From an uncultured Acidobacteriota bacterium (GTDB lineage: Bacteria; Acidobacteriota; UBA6911): a stretch of DNA of 64,000 nucleotides. The translations under genes were made by a program, and so were the position numbers. A model generated the notes under the pieces. It was not told where the DNA came from. It ran no database searches and worked only from the letters and a program-made list of their open reading frames with translations. How positions within the stretch are numbered: the stretch's first letter is position 1; the number at the start of each line of letters is the position of its first letter. Positions 21,906 through 32,146 of the stretch are shown piece by piece. The stretch covers positions 448,001 to 512,000 of the forward strand of contig CAWJKZ010000013.1 in assembly GCA_963843575.1 (NCBI GenBank), read 5' to 3'.

Positions 21906-23642
21906 ATGAAACGGTCCTGGCCCGTTTTCACCCTTGTAGTGCTGTGTGCAGTTCTGTGGGGCAACTCCGCCTACGGCCAGGGAGAGGCCACGGCCGTCGC
22001 CGCCGCCGTCACGAATGCCATGGGGCGTGACACCGAACCGCGCGCCCCCGCTTCTTCCCCCTATATCCCCGACACCCCCGACGTGCCGACTGCGATGCTC
22101 GAACTCATGCGCAGCGCCCAGCAGAAGTACGTCGAAGGGTCGAACCTCATCCGGCTCGGCGAATCGGCGAAGGCGCGGGCCGCTTTCAACAGTGCCGTCG
22201 ATCTCCTGCTGCAGGGCGAGTGGGATATCAACGCCAACCCCGCGCTCAACCGCTTCTTCCAGGACTTGATCAGGCGCATCCAGGAGGATGAGTCGCGCTA
22301 CATCACCATCCCGGAATCAGCCGAGGAAAAACCCGAGGACGCGGTGGTCGACGAACTCGACCAGCTCGACCTGATCCCGCTGAAGGTCGACCCGTCGCTC
22401 CAGGACTTCGTGGAAGAAGACCTGAAGAACACCCGGTACGACATCCCGGTGATCCTTAACGACAAAGTATTTAAATCGCTTGACTTCTGGCTTACACGCG
22501 GGCGCAGGTTCTTCAACGACGGCCTGGTGCGCTCCGGCCGGTACCGGGAAATGATTCATCGGATCTTCCGCGAGGAATCTATCCCGCTCGATGTGATGTA
22601 CCTGGCCCAAGTCGAGAGCCTCTTCAAAACGAACGCCTTGTCGCGGGCGCAGGCGAAGGGGATCTGGCAATTCGGGAAGTGGACCGCCATCCGCTACGGC
22701 CTTAAGGTAAACGCCTATATCGACGAGCGCTCCGACCCCGAGAAATCGACCCGCGCGGCCGCGCGCTACCTGAACGATCTCTACGCCATGTTCAAGGACT
22801 GGAACCTCGTCCTTGCGGCCTACAACTGGGGGGAAGGCAAGGTCCAGAAGCTCATCGACCGGAGCGGGATCAATGATTTCTGGGACCTGATGGACTTGCG
22901 GCGCAATTTCCCCCAGGAGACGAAAAACCACGTACCGATGATCATGGCCAGCGTCATACTCGCGCACAACCCTGCCAAGTACGGTTTCCCCGTCGAGCTT
23001 GATGAACCTCTCGAATACGACGTGATCCCGGTGTCCCGGTCCATCGACCTTCGTGCCGCCGCGAAGATCCTGAACACGAGCCTCGATCACCTGAAGCAGT
23101 TGAATCCGGCGTTGCGAGGGCTCACAACCCCGGCCGACTACCCCGATTTTGCCCTGAAAGTCCCCGCCGGAACCACACCGGACGCGTCAAACCAGATCGC
23201 GGCCCTCCCTCCGGTGAAGCTCAGGCCTCCCGCGGAGTACTCCACCGCAAAACACCGCGTGCGGCCCGGAGAGACTCTGGGGCGGATCGCTGCGCGCTAC
23301 CGCGTTTCCGTTGCGGAACTGCAGCGACTCAACAACATCCGCGCGGCCAAATCGCTGCGGGTGGGCACCTACCTCACGGTGCCCCAGACCGCGCGACGCA
23401 CCAGTCTCGCCTCAAAGCGCATCGGGACAAGGATTAAGAGTTCACCGATCCGCAGCACCAGGATCTCCCCCGCCAAGTCGCCCCGCTCCACAACCCTCAG
23501 ACCGACGCCTCCCGCGGCAACAAACCTGAGCCGTGCCGGCGCAAAAAGCGTCAAAGTACCTGGTGGCGCAAAAAAGACGCGCGAGGCGACCGTGAAATCA
23601 CCCCCACCGCGAAAAAGCGCGGGGCGCGCCGCGTCCCGTTGA
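21906..23642 (+). CDS. MltD-like lytic transglycosylase with LysM domain and basic low-complexity tail
   Basis: YLAQVES, AKGIWQF, DERSDPEKSTRAAARYL and LAAYNWGEG; LysM HRVRPGETLGRIAARY. Confidence 0.92.
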   Translation: MKRSWPVFTLVVLCAVLWGNSAYGQGEATAVAAAVTNAMGRDTEPRAPASSPYIPDTPDVPTAMLELMRSAQQKYVEGSNLIRLGESAKARAAFNSAVDLLLQGEWDINANPALNRFFQDLIRRIQEDESRYITIPESAEEKPEDAVVDELDQLDLIPLKVDPSLQDFVEEDLKNTRYDIPVILNDKVFKSLDFWLTRGRRFFNDGLVRSGRYREMIHRIFREESIPLDVMYLAQVESLFKTNALSRAQAKGIWQFGKWTAIRYGLKVNAYIDERSDPEKSTRAAARYLNDLYAMFKDWNLVLAAYNWGEGKVQKLIDRSGINDFWDLMDLRRNFPQETKNHVPMIMASVILAHNPAKYGFPVELDEPLEYDVIPVSRSIDLRAAAKILNTSLDHLKQLNPALRGLTTPADYPDFALKVPAGTTPDASNQIAALPPVKLRPPAEYSTAKHRVRPGETLGRIAARYRVSVAELQRLNNIRAAKSLRVGTYLTVPQTARRTSLASKRIGTRIKSSPIRSTRISPAKSPRSTTLRPTPPAATNLSRAGAKSVKVPGGAKKTREATVKSPPPRKSAGRAASR

Positions 23643-23670
23643 TTCATCAGGGGATTCCCAAAAGGGCAAC

Positions 23671-23698
23671 CGCTCCCCCCGGCTGGGGGCGATTTTTA
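23671..23698 (+). terminator. Possible intrinsic terminator after mltD
   Basis: cgctcccccc-ggct-gggggcg followed by attttta. Confidence 0.4.
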
Positions 23699-23789
23699 TC
23701 TCATGTCTGCAGAACTTTCCAGCCGGGAGACTCGTATTAACTTGCGGGCAAAGGACGATCTGTACTACGTCCGCGCAAAAGGTCTGTAA

Positions 23790-25097
23790 ATGAATGCAAC
23801 GGTTACCGAACTCCGGCTCATAACCCTGGAAGGGAGCAAAGCGGCGACGCCCTCGAAGCCCAGGAGCCACGCGGCGGCCTGGGAAGCGCTAGTGATCGCG
23901 GCAGACTCCATCTGGTCGCACAAGCTCCGCTCCGTCCTCACGCTCCTCGGCATCATCATCGGGGTGGCGTCGGTCGTCACGGTCGGGGGGGCCATCGAGG
24001 GGCTGGGATCCTACGTCAAGGACAGGCTGGTGACGGTTTTCGGCAGCAATACCTTCATCGTCGCCCGGGTCGCGCGCATGAACATCTCCTACGAGGAGTG
24101 GGAAAAGCTGAACAAACGCAACAAGCGCATCTACTCGGACGACCTGCGCGCGATCCAGGAGCGCTGCGACGGCTGCGAGGCGGTTTCTCCCATGCTCCGC
24201 AACCAGGACGACGTGAAGATCGGGAACCGCACTTTCTACGACGCGAACGTGATCGGGGTCAACACCGACCTGCCCAAAATCCAGCAGCTCAAAATCGCGT
24301 CGGGCCGTTTCCTGAGCAATTTCGAGGTAGAGCACGCCCGGCCGTATGCCGTTATCGGGGCGGATCTGCAGGAAGAGCTCTTCGGCGCCGCGGAGCCGAT
24401 CGGCAAGGACATCAAGGTCGGTGGCGACGTTTACACCGTCCTCGGCATCGAAGAGCGCAACGGCAGCTTTTTCGGCCGCTCGATGGACACGAACGTCTAC
24501 ATCCCCTACACCGCCTTCCTGAAGAAGTATGGCGCGCGGCGCTCCATCGAGGTTCGGGTCAAAGCCCCCTCGGCCGAGTCGCTGGTACCGTCGCAGGACG
24601 AGGTGCGGGTCATCATGAGATCGCGCCACAAGCTGCGGCCGAACCAGGAGGACGACTTCGATATCCTGGCCAGCGATGCGATCCAGGAGTCCGTCAGCCA
24701 GTTTACCGGCGCCATCGCCGCCGTGGTCACTCCCATAACCCTGATATCGTTGGTCGTCGGGGGCATCGTCATCATGAACATCATGCTGGTGACCGTGACC
24801 GAAAGGACCACGGAAGTGGGGATGCGCAAGGCGGTGGGGGCGCGCCGGCGCGACATCATGATGCAGTTCCTGATCGAGTCGGCCCTGCTGGCCTCGCTTG
24901 GCGGAGTCATCGGGCTGCTGCTGGCCTACGGGTTGGGGATCGTGATACGCAACACCACACCGGTCCCCATGACCATCACGTTCGGCTATATCGTCCTGGC
25001 GCTCGTAACCTCGGGCGGCATCGGCATCATTTCCGGCATCTACCCCGCCCACAAGGCGGCGAAGCTCGACCCCATCGTCGCGCTTTCCAGGGACTGA
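23790..25097 (+). CDS. MacB/FtsX-like ABC transporter permease
   Basis: HKLRSVLTLLGIIIGV, GGIVIMNIMLVTVTERTTEVGMRKAVGA and YPAHKAAKLDP. Confidence 0.92.
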   Translation: MNATVTELRLITLEGSKAATPSKPRSHAAAWEALVIAADSIWSHKLRSVLTLLGIIIGVASVVTVGGAIEGLGSYVKDRLVTVFGSNTFIVARVARMNISYEEWEKLNKRNKRIYSDDLRAIQERCDGCEAVSPMLRNQDDVKIGNRTFYDANVIGVNTDLPKIQQLKIASGRFLSNFEVEHARPYAVIGADLQEELFGAAEPIGKDIKVGGDVYTVLGIEERNGSFFGRSMDTNVYIPYTAFLKKYGARRSIEVRVKAPSAESLVPSQDEVRVIMRSRHKLRPNQEDDFDILASDAIQESVSQFTGAIAAVVTPITLISLVVGGIVIMNIMLVTVTERTTEVGMRKAVGARRRDIMMQFLIESALLASLGGVIGLLLAYGLGIVIRNTTPVPMTITFGYIVLALVTSGGIGIISGIYPAHKAAKLDPIVALSRD

Positions 25098-25098
25098 T

Positions 25099-26349
25099 AT
25101 GCGGCTCGCTTCGAGTCACCGCGAAAACCTGGCCATGGCCATGCAGACCATCATGGCCCACAAGTTCCGGTCGTTTCTCACGGTGCTTGGCATCATCATC
25201 GGGGTCCTGACGGTCATCGTGATCGCGTCGATCCTGACCGGCATGCGACAGAACATCATCACGTTCGTCGAGGAGTTCGGCACCAACAACATCTTCGCCT
25301 TCCACCTCGGGATGGGGCCCAATTTCGGCCGGCGTCCACGCGAGGAGTGGTTGCGCAAGCCGCTTAGCGTCGAAGACGCCATCGCCCTGCGCGAACAGTG
25401 CCCGTCCGTGCAGGACACGACGTGGGAAGGGATGCCGTGGCAGTCGCGTGTGAAGATCCAGTATCAGAGCAACGTCCTGCGGCAGTTTAATTTCAACGGC
25501 GTCCCGGCAAACTACGCGGGCGTGACCAACATCAAGATCGCCGAGGGTCGCTTTTTCACCGACCTGGAAGATCTGCACCGGATGAACGTGGCCGTGATCG
25601 GTCCGGACGCGCGCCAGGCCCTGTTTCCCATCGTCGACCCGATCGGCAAACAGGTGCTCATCAACGGGCACCCCTTCACCGTCGTCGGGACGACCGAAAA
25701 GAGCAAGGGCGGATTCATGGGGGAAGGGAACGAGCGGGACAGCCAGGTCCTGATACCCTACCAGTCCTTCCACAAGATGATGCCGTGGGAAGACAAGCAC
25801 TTCGTCATGATCCAGGCCAGGGCCGGCATGCTCAAGCAGGCCCTGGACGAGTCGGAGGGGCTGCTCCGGCGCCGCCGCGGGGTGAAGCCGAACGAGGCAA
25901 GCAATTTCGACCTGAGCACCGCCGACCGGTTCATCCAGCAGTTTGACGCCATAACGGCCCAGGTCGGCCTGATCGCGATCGCGATCTCCTCGATCGGCCT
26001 GCTAGTCGGCGGCATCGGGGTGATGAACATCATGCTGGTGTCGGTCACCGAGCGCACGCGCGAAATCGGGGTGCGCAAGGCCATCGGCGCGACCCGCCGC
26101 GACATCGTGCTCCAGTTCCTGTTCGAGGCGATGACTCTAACGGGGGTGGGCGGCGTCTGCGGGGTCGTGCTGGCCGTCGCGACGAGCTATATCGTGATGG
26201 CGCTTGTCCCATCGCTCCCCGCGTCCATCCCGGCGTGGGCCGTCATAACCGGGTTCAGCGTATCGGTTGCCATCGGGCTGATCTTCGGGGTCTGGCCCGC
26301 GCGGAAGGCTGCCCACCTCGATCCCATCGAGGCCCTGCGCTACGAATAG
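25099..26349 (+). CDS. MacB/FtsX-like ABC transporter permease (second paralog)
   Basis: HKFRSFLTVLGIIIGV, GGIGVMNIMLVSVTERTREIGVRKAIGA and LDPIEALRYE. Confidence 0.92.
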   Translation: MRLASSHRENLAMAMQTIMAHKFRSFLTVLGIIIGVLTVIVIASILTGMRQNIITFVEEFGTNNIFAFHLGMGPNFGRRPREEWLRKPLSVEDAIALREQCPSVQDTTWEGMPWQSRVKIQYQSNVLRQFNFNGVPANYAGVTNIKIAEGRFFTDLEDLHRMNVAVIGPDARQALFPIVDPIGKQVLINGHPFTVVGTTEKSKGGFMGEGNERDSQVLIPYQSFHKMMPWEDKHFVMIQARAGMLKQALDESEGLLRRRRGVKPNEASNFDLSTADRFIQQFDAITAQVGLIAIAISSIGLLVGGIGVMNIMLVSVTERTREIGVRKAIGATRRDIVLQFLFEAMTLTGVGGVCGVVLAVATSYIVMALVPSLPASIPAWAVITGFSVSVAIGLIFGVWPARKAAHLDPIEALRYE

Positions 26350-26399
26350 GAAATTGGATTAGCCACTTCGATCCGCCGACCGATGAACCCACGGTGAGC

Positions 26400-27287
26400 A
26401 TGCCCCGCACAACCCGGAACCCGGCCCCCACCCCCTACCTCGCCGGCGCCGCCGCGATTGTCGCCTACGCCACCCTGATGTACGGCTGGGGACGGCTCGG
26501 CTGGCAGCATCTCGGGCTGGCGGCTCTCCTGTGGACCTGCCTGACCTCGCTGCCGGGGCCGCGGCGCTTCGTGCGGGACTGGTGGCCCATGATCGTCTTC
26601 TGGCTGAGCTACGACCTGATGCGGGTCTACTCGCCCCACATGTTTCCGCGGGTCGCGGTCGCAGAGCCCTTTCGCTGGGAATCGACGCTGTTCCTCTCAC
26701 CGGACGGCGTGATCTGGCCGTACTACTTCGCCCGATGGTCGGCGAGTCACCGGGGACAGCTCCTGGCGGGGCTCCTCGAGCCGTACCTCAACCTTGTCTA
26801 CCTCTCGCAGGTGTTCGCGGTGCCGCTGCTGATGCTCGGCATCTGGGCGCGGCAGCGCGAACTGCTCTTCAATAGGCTAGTCTGGGGATTCACGGCGCTG
26901 CACGCCATGGCGCTCTGCATCTACGTCGCCTACCCTGCGGCACCGCCGTGGTGGGTTTACGAGAACGGGTTCGTCCAGCCTTCGGCCACTCACTCAACCC
27001 CTATGGGATTCGACAGCAGCTCGGTGCTGGCCGGACTGTTCCACCTCAACCCGAACCGCTTCGCCGCGATACCGTCGGTTCATGGCGCCTACCCTCTGCT
27101 CCTCACCCTCGTGCTGGCCCTGCACGATGCCGCGGGGCGCTGGATAGTGCTCGCCGCCGCCTACACCGCAAGCATGTGGTTCGCCTGCGTCTACCTGAAT
27201 CAGCACTACATCATCGACCTGCTTCTCGGTGCCGCGCTGATCCCCGTGGCCCTGATCGCAGCAAGCCGCTGCCGCGGCCGCCGCTGA
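26400..27287 (+). CDS. AUR1/IPC-synthase-like PAP2 superfamily membrane protein
   Basis: Multiple TM segments; PAAPPW, FAAIPSVHGAY and HYIIDL motifs. Confidence 0.8.
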   Translation: MPRTTRNPAPTPYLAGAAAIVAYATLMYGWGRLGWQHLGLAALLWTCLTSLPGPRRFVRDWWPMIVFWLSYDLMRVYSPHMFPRVAVAEPFRWESTLFLSPDGVIWPYYFARWSASHRGQLLAGLLEPYLNLVYLSQVFAVPLLMLGIWARQRELLFNRLVWGFTALHAMALCIYVAYPAAPPWWVYENGFVQPSATHSTPMGFDSSSVLAGLFHLNPNRFAAIPSVHGAYPLLLTLVLALHDAAGRWIVLAAAYTASMWFACVYLNQHYIIDLLLGAALIPVALIAASRCRGRR

Positions 27288-27425
27288 CCGGTTATCGCCC
27301 GGCACGGCGCGAGCCTTCTCCGACGCCGTGTTCGCGGGCACGGATCAGGGCGAGGATCTCGTCGCAGCCCTTGAGCCGGGCGAAGAACAGCGCGTAGCGC
27401 CGCCCGCCGGCAAGCGGCAGGCCGG

Positions 27426-27503
27426 GTGCGCGGCGGCTCGGCGCCGCAACGGTTTGAAACGGCAACACCGCCATCCGGCATGGCGCCGAGGCGCCGCACT
27501 CCA
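27426..27503. repeat. REP-like doublet
   Basis: gtgcgcggcggctcggcgccgc...tggcgccgaggcgccgcactcca between convergent genes. Confidence 0.65.
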
Positions 27504-27505
27504 CG

Positions 27506-28432
27506 TTATGTCGCGCGGACGCCCGCCTCGGTCAGGTATTCCCGCATCACCTTGGCGTAGTGCGGGAAGGCGACTTCGGGCTCCTCGATCTCCGGGTGCC
27601 ACGCCTTCTCCCACTCGAAGCAGTAATAGCCACGGTAGCCCTGGGTCGCGAGCAGCCTCACGGTCTCGCGCACCGGGACCCGACCGGTGCCCAACAGCAC
27701 ATAGCGCAGGTTGTCTTCCGTGCCGGTGGAATCCTTCAGGTGGGTGTGCCGGATGTACGGTTTGAGTATCTTCAGGGTGTCGGCGGGTTGCTCGTGCCCT
27801 GCGACGAACGTGTGGTGAGCGTCCCACAGCAGCCCGACCTCAGGCATGGCTACGGCCTTGAGCATCTGCTCGAGGGTTCGTGCATCCGTGAAGTCGCCGT
27901 GGGATTCGATGATCACCTGGACGCCGGCCCCCCTGGCATGGCGCCCGAGCTCGATCAGTCCGGCGACGACCCGGTCCATTACGGCCTGCTTTGGCTCCGT
28001 CGGCGGCAGCTTGTCGCCGAAGACCCGCACGTAGGGGGCCTTGAGCCCGTGGGCCAGGTCGATGAAGCGTTTCCCCTCGTCGAGCTGGGCCGCACGCACG
28101 GACGGCTCAGACTCGTGCATTCGGGCCGACGCGCCCAAGTCGGAGACGCGCAAGCCGGTTGCGGCCAGATCCTGAAGCGCGGCCTTGATCTGCCCCGCGT
28201 TGAACTGAGGCACCTTGGTCAGATCCATCTCGCCTTTGATCCCGCGCAGTTCGATGGCGGCGTAGCCCCACTCCGCGGCGTGGTCGAGGATCGTCTTCCA
28301 CTCCCATTTCGGGCACCCCAAGGTGGAGAAAGCGATAGGAAACCGCGGCGTCCTGGGCGCCGCCCTGACGATGGCCGGCGCGGCCGCGAGACAACCGAGC
28401 GCTTTCACTGCTTCCCTACGGGTAATCTTCAT
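27506..28432 (-). CDS. Tat-exported sugar phosphate isomerase/epimerase (AP endonuclease 2 TIM barrel)
   Basis: TRREAVK twin-arginine signal; FSTLGCP, IESHGD, WDAHH, HTHLKD and FEWEK metal motifs. Confidence 0.88.
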   Translation of the reverse strand: MKITRREAVKALGCLAAAPAIVRAAPRTPRFPIAFSTLGCPKWEWKTILDHAAEWGYAAIELRGIKGEMDLTKVPQFNAGQIKAALQDLAATGLRVSDLGASARMHESEPSVRAAQLDEGKRFIDLAHGLKAPYVRVFGDKLPPTEPKQAVMDRVVAGLIELGRHARGAGVQVIIESHGDFTDARTLEQMLKAVAMPEVGLLWDAHHTFVAGHEQPADTLKILKPYIRHTHLKDSTGTEDNLRYVLLGTGRVPVRETVRLLATQGYRGYYCFEWEKAWHPEIEEPEVAFPHYAKVMREYLTEAGVRAT

Positions 28433-28441
28433 CGCAACCTC

Positions 28442-29848
28442 CTATTTTTCCACCGTGTGGCTGAGCTTCAGTCCCTGGGTGGTGACGTAATACTTCGCCA
28501 GCATGTTCGGCCGTTCCCACGCCGGAATCGAAGCGGGATCCTTCAGGTAGCGCAGGAACTTGGCCGTCACCTGGGCGAAATGGGCTTCGTGACCGACGCG
28601 GTATTTGTCCGGAATCCCGATGTGCAGTTCCTTCCCGGCGTCCCGCACGGTGACACCGGCGCACTCCTCTCGCAGTGCCTCGATCTTCCTGCTCGCAGCC
28701 TTCAGAATCGCGGTTTTCTGCGAGGGGTCATTCGGAATCACGTAGAGCTCGGGGCGGAACTTCTCCTCCTTGCCCTGGCGGATTTCGACGCGTGCGCGGG
28801 ACCCCTTGAACCAGGCGAAGTGCGTGTCGCCGGATCCCGCCGCAGCCTCGTAGTTCCACAGCACGTTGAGTTTCACGTGGACGCCGCGCAGCGCGTAGGA
28901 AACCATGGTATTGCAGAAGTACTGCAATCCGCCGTCTTTCACCTCGGGGCGGAGGAACTCCGGGAAATCGGCTTCCCCGGTCACCTTCTGGAATTCCGCC
29001 CGGGTGAGGACCGTGGGCCAGCGCCGAGCTGCCTGGACGGCGATGTCCTTGCGGTAATCCATTGCCTTTTCGGGGAAGAGGATCCATTGAACGAGGTCGA
29101 CGAGGTGCGTGCCAACGTCGGGGAGACCCTCACCCTGCTGCCGCACGTCGAAGAACCAGGCAGGCCTGCGGTTGGGCAGGCCCGCGACCATCTTGAGCAG
29201 GTAGTGCACGCTCTCCATGAACACGGCCGGATCCTCCACGGTCCCGGGCAGCTGGGTGCCGTACACCTCCCTGTCGTTGACCAGCTCGCGCTGGAGCATG
29301 GTGGTAATCTCATAGCGCTCCGTCATGATGTCATAGGCAACCAGCCCCTTCTGCTGCGCCGCGGCAAGCGTGGCATCGAGCTTGGGAAAGTCGGCCGGCT
29401 CAATTATCCACGGCTTGTCCGAGAGCACGTTCAGGCCGGCGCCGACGGATGCCTCGATCCGGTCGATCTTGCCGCGGTTGCGGCCGGATATGACCACCAC
29501 GTTGCCGGGCTTCTCCTTGAGCATGCGGGTCATGAAGTCGGGGCTCGTGTGCACTTCGAGGTTCCAGGACGTCGGGTTTTCCTTCCTCGTGTTGAACCCG
29601 ACGATGCGGTTGAGATGCTCCAGGAGGTCGGAACCGAGCGGGGCGTAGATGTCGACGCGGGGCGAGACGTTGGGGTACATCTCCTTTTGGACGAGCCCGG
29701 CGTGGAAGTGCCCGGGGTCCAGGGTCATGAAGCGAACTTCCGACATGGCGGCATTCCCCTGCGATTCGGCGGTTGTGGAGTAACCCAGGCCCAGGACCAC
29801 AAGGACGGGCAGAATGGTCGCGAGCGTATGAACGTGGAGGTGTCTCAT
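28442..29848 (-). CDS. Secreted Gfo/Idh/MocA-like oxidoreductase (putative oxidoreductase C-terminal domain family)
   Basis: Signal peptide; [37 protein letters not shown] and GHEAHF. Confidence 0.8.
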   Translation of the reverse strand: MRHLHVHTLATILPVLVVLGLGYSTTAESQGNAAMSEVRFMTLDPGHFHAGLVQKEMYPNVSPRVDIYAPLGSDLLEHLNRIVGFNTRKENPTSWNLEVHTSPDFMTRMLKEKPGNVVVISGRNRGKIDRIEASVGAGLNVLSDKPWIIEPADFPKLDATLAAAQQKGLVAYDIMTERYEITTMLQRELVNDREVYGTQLPGTVEDPAVFMESVHYLLKMVAGLPNRRPAWFFDVRQQGEGLPDVGTHLVDLVQWILFPEKAMDYRKDIAVQAARRWPTVLTRAEFQKVTGEADFPEFLRPEVKDGGLQYFCNTMVSYALRGVHVKLNVLWNYEAAAGSGDTHFAWFKGSRARVEIRQGKEEKFRPELYVIPNDPSQKTAILKAASRKIEALREECAGVTVRDAGKELHIGIPDKYRVGHEAHFAQVTAKFLRYLKDPASIPAWERPNMLAKYYVTTQGLKLSHTVEK

Positions 29849-29967
29849 AGAACTCCCTGGGGACCGTACGGTCCACCACCCGCGATACTACACAAAAACG
29901 CGGGTCTCCGGGAGTCGTATTTCAACGGCGCTGTCCAACGGTTGACCTGACCGATCCAAGAAAGATG

Positions 29968-30077
29968 CAAGTGGGTCCGGGCTTCAGCCCGGACGCTGTT
30001 TGCGGTCGCTAGAATGTGCGCCCGTCGCCACACAGATCAGATCAAAAGACGTCCGGGCTGAAGCCCGGACCCACTTG
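29968..30077. repeat. REPIN-like element: 28-bp perfect inverted pair of GTGG-footed palindromes
   Basis: caagtgggtccgggcttcagcccggacg (29968-29995) is the exact reverse complement of 30050-30077. Confidence 0.85.
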
Positions 30078-30106
30078 TTTAATGGGCCCTCTTCATCCCG
30101 GACCCG

Positions 30107-30427
30107 TTAGAACATGCCAAGTTGGAGTTTGGCGGCCTCGGACATGAGGCTGGGGTCCCAAGGCGGGTCCCAGACGAGCTGGACCCGGGCGGAATTCACG
30201 CCGGGGATGGCGAGCACCTTGTTTTCGACCTCGATGGGGAGAGACGCGGCGACAGGACAGCCGGGAGAGGTCAGGGTCATCCGCACGACGACATCCCCCT
30301 GCGGGGTCCGGTCGATGCCGTAGACGAGGCCCAGTTCGTAGACGTTGACGGGGATCTCCGGGTCGTAGACGGTCCGCAGCGCGTCGATCACCTGTTCCTC
30401 GAGGGTTTCTGGAGCCTGAGCGTCCAT
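30107..30427 (-). CDS. sufT: SufT/DUF59 Fe-S assembly protein
   Basis: LRTVYDPEIPVNVYELGLVY, MTLTSPGCP and VWDPPWD. Confidence 0.9.
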   Translation of the reverse strand: MDAQAPETLEEQVIDALRTVYDPEIPVNVYELGLVYGIDRTPQGDVVVRMTLTSPGCPVAASLPIEVENKVLAIPGVNSARVQLVWDPPWDPSLMSEAAKLQLGMF

Positions 30428-30447
30428 CTCGTTTCTCCTCCGGCTGC

Positions 30448-30894
30448 CTATTCGGTCGCAACCGTTTCTTTTGCCTGGTGCAGGGCGGCGCGCAGGGTGT
30501 GCCAGGCCAGGGTCGCGCACTTGACCCGCACCGGGTAGTCGCGGACCCCGGAAAACACGGCGAGCTTGCCCATGGAGTCCGGGTCCTGGTCTGCCTTGCC
30601 GGTGACCAGATCGTGAAACCGATTGAAGAGCTCCTCGATTTGCGCCTCGGTCTTGCCCTTGAGGGCCTCGGTCATCATGGAGGCCGAGGCCGTGGAAATG
30701 GCGCAGCCCGCCCCCTCGAACCCGACGTCGCACACCACCCCGTCCTTGAGGTCCAGGTACAGGGTGATGCGGTCGCCGCATAGCGGGTTGAAGCCATCGG
30801 CCTTGCGGTTGCCGTGCTCCAGCTTGTGGAAGTTGCGCGGCTTCTTGTGGTGGTCGAGGATCACCTGCTGGTAGAGTTCTCTCAGGTCGCCCAT
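30448..30894 (-). CDS. sufU: SufU (NifU-like) Fe-S assembly protein
   Basis: LYQQVILDH, NPLCGD, GCAISTASAS and RVKCATL. Confidence 0.93.
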   Translation of the reverse strand: MGDLRELYQQVILDHHKKPRNFHKLEHGNRKADGFNPLCGDRITLYLDLKDGVVCDVGFEGAGCAISTASASMMTEALKGKTEAQIEELFNRFHDLVTGKADQDPDSMGKLAVFSGVRDYPVRVKCATLAWHTLRAALHQAKETVATE

Positions 30895-32144
30895 TAGCTG
30901 AACACCTCGGTTACCTTCCGGATTCCCGCAACGAGGGCATCGATGTCTTCCCGGGTATTGTAGAAGGCCAGCGAGGCGCGGGCCGTCGCGGGGACCTTGA
31001 AGTAATCCATCACGGGCTGCGCGCAGTGGTGGCCGGTCCGGATGGCGATGCCCTCCTGGTCCAGGATCGTCCCGATGTCGTGCGGGTGTATCCCCTCGAT
31101 GACGAACGACAGGACGCTGGCCTTGTCGTCCGCGGTGCCTATTATGCGCACCCCCGGCAACCGGGACAACGCCTCGCTGCCGTAGGCGAGGAGTTCCCCT
31201 TCGTACGCCGCGATCCGCTCGAGGCCGACCGCGTCGAGGTAGTCCACGGCGGCGCCCAGCGCTATGCCCCCGGCGATGTTCGGCGTTCCGGCTTCGAATT
31301 TGTAGGGGATGCGGTTGTAGATGGTCTTCTCGAAGGTCACCGAGCTGATCATGTCCCCGCCCCCCTGGTACGGGGGCATCGCCTCGAGCAGTTCCGCCCT
31401 CCCGTAAAGAACGCCGACGCCCGTGGGGCCGTACATCTTGTGACCGGAGAAGACGTAGAAGTCGGACCCGAGCGCGCGGACGTCGACCTTGAGGTGTTGC
31501 ACGGCCTGGGCCCCGTCGACCAGCACGGGGACGCCCAGGGAATGTGCCCGCTCGATGATTCCGCGAATGGGCGTGACGGTCCCGAGGGCGTTGGACACCT
31601 GGGTGACTGCCACGATGCGGGTGCGCGGGCCAAGCATCCGTTCGTACTCCTCCAGCAGGAGCTCGCCCCGTTGGTCGATGGGGATGACCCGCAGGGTCGC
31701 CCCCTTCTCTTCGCAGAGCATCTGCCAGGGGACGATGTTGGAATGGTGTTCCAGCCCGGAGATGATCACCTCGTCGCCGGCGCCGACGTGAGTGCGCCCG
31801 TAGGTCTGGGCGACCAGGTTGATCCCTTCGGTGGCACCCCGCACGAAAATGATCTCGCGGTCCTCCGCGGCGTTGATAAAGCGCCTGAGCCGTTCGCGCG
31901 CGGCCTCATAGTGCCGCGTCGCCTCCTCGCTGAGCAGGTGCACGCCGCGATGGATGTTGGAACACTCGGTCGTGTAGAACCCGACGATCGCATCGATCAC
32001 CGATTGGGGTTTCTGGGTGGTGGCCGCGTTGTCCAGATAAACCAGGGGTCTGCCGTGCACCCGCCGCGAGAGGATCGGGAAATCGCCCCGAAGCCTGAGC
32101 GCGTCCAGGGTCGTACCGGCCTGCTGTGGTGTGGCCATTTTCAT
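30894..32144 (-). CDS. sufS: Cysteine desulfurase SufS
   Basis: YLDNAATTQKP, EHHSNIVPW, SGHKMYGPTG and RTGHHCAQP. Confidence 0.95.
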   Translation of the reverse strand: MKMATPQQAGTTLDALRLRGDFPILSRRVHGRPLVYLDNAATTQKPQSVIDAIVGFYTTECSNIHRGVHLLSEEATRHYEAARERLRRFINAAEDREIIFVRGATEGINLVAQTYGRTHVGAGDEVIISGLEHHSNIVPWQMLCEEKGATLRVIPIDQRGELLLEEYERMLGPRTRIVAVTQVSNALGTVTPIRGIIERAHSLGVPVLVDGAQAVQHLKVDVRALGSDFYVFSGHKMYGPTGVGVLYGRAELLEAMPPYQGGGDMISSVTFEKTIYNRIPYKFEAGTPNIAGGIALGAAVDYLDAVGLERIAAYEGELLAYGSEALSRLPGVRIIGTADDKASVLSFVIEGIHPHDIGTILDQEGIAIRTGHHCAQPVMDYFKVPATARASLAFYNTREDIDALVAGIRKVTEVFS

Positions 32145-32146
32145 CG

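Noticed and set aside
27560-29950. Long antisense and alternate-frame ORFs (796 aa here and many similar ones)
   Set aside because: Shadow ORFs opposite well-supported genes, as expected in high-GC DNA; no recognizable motifs
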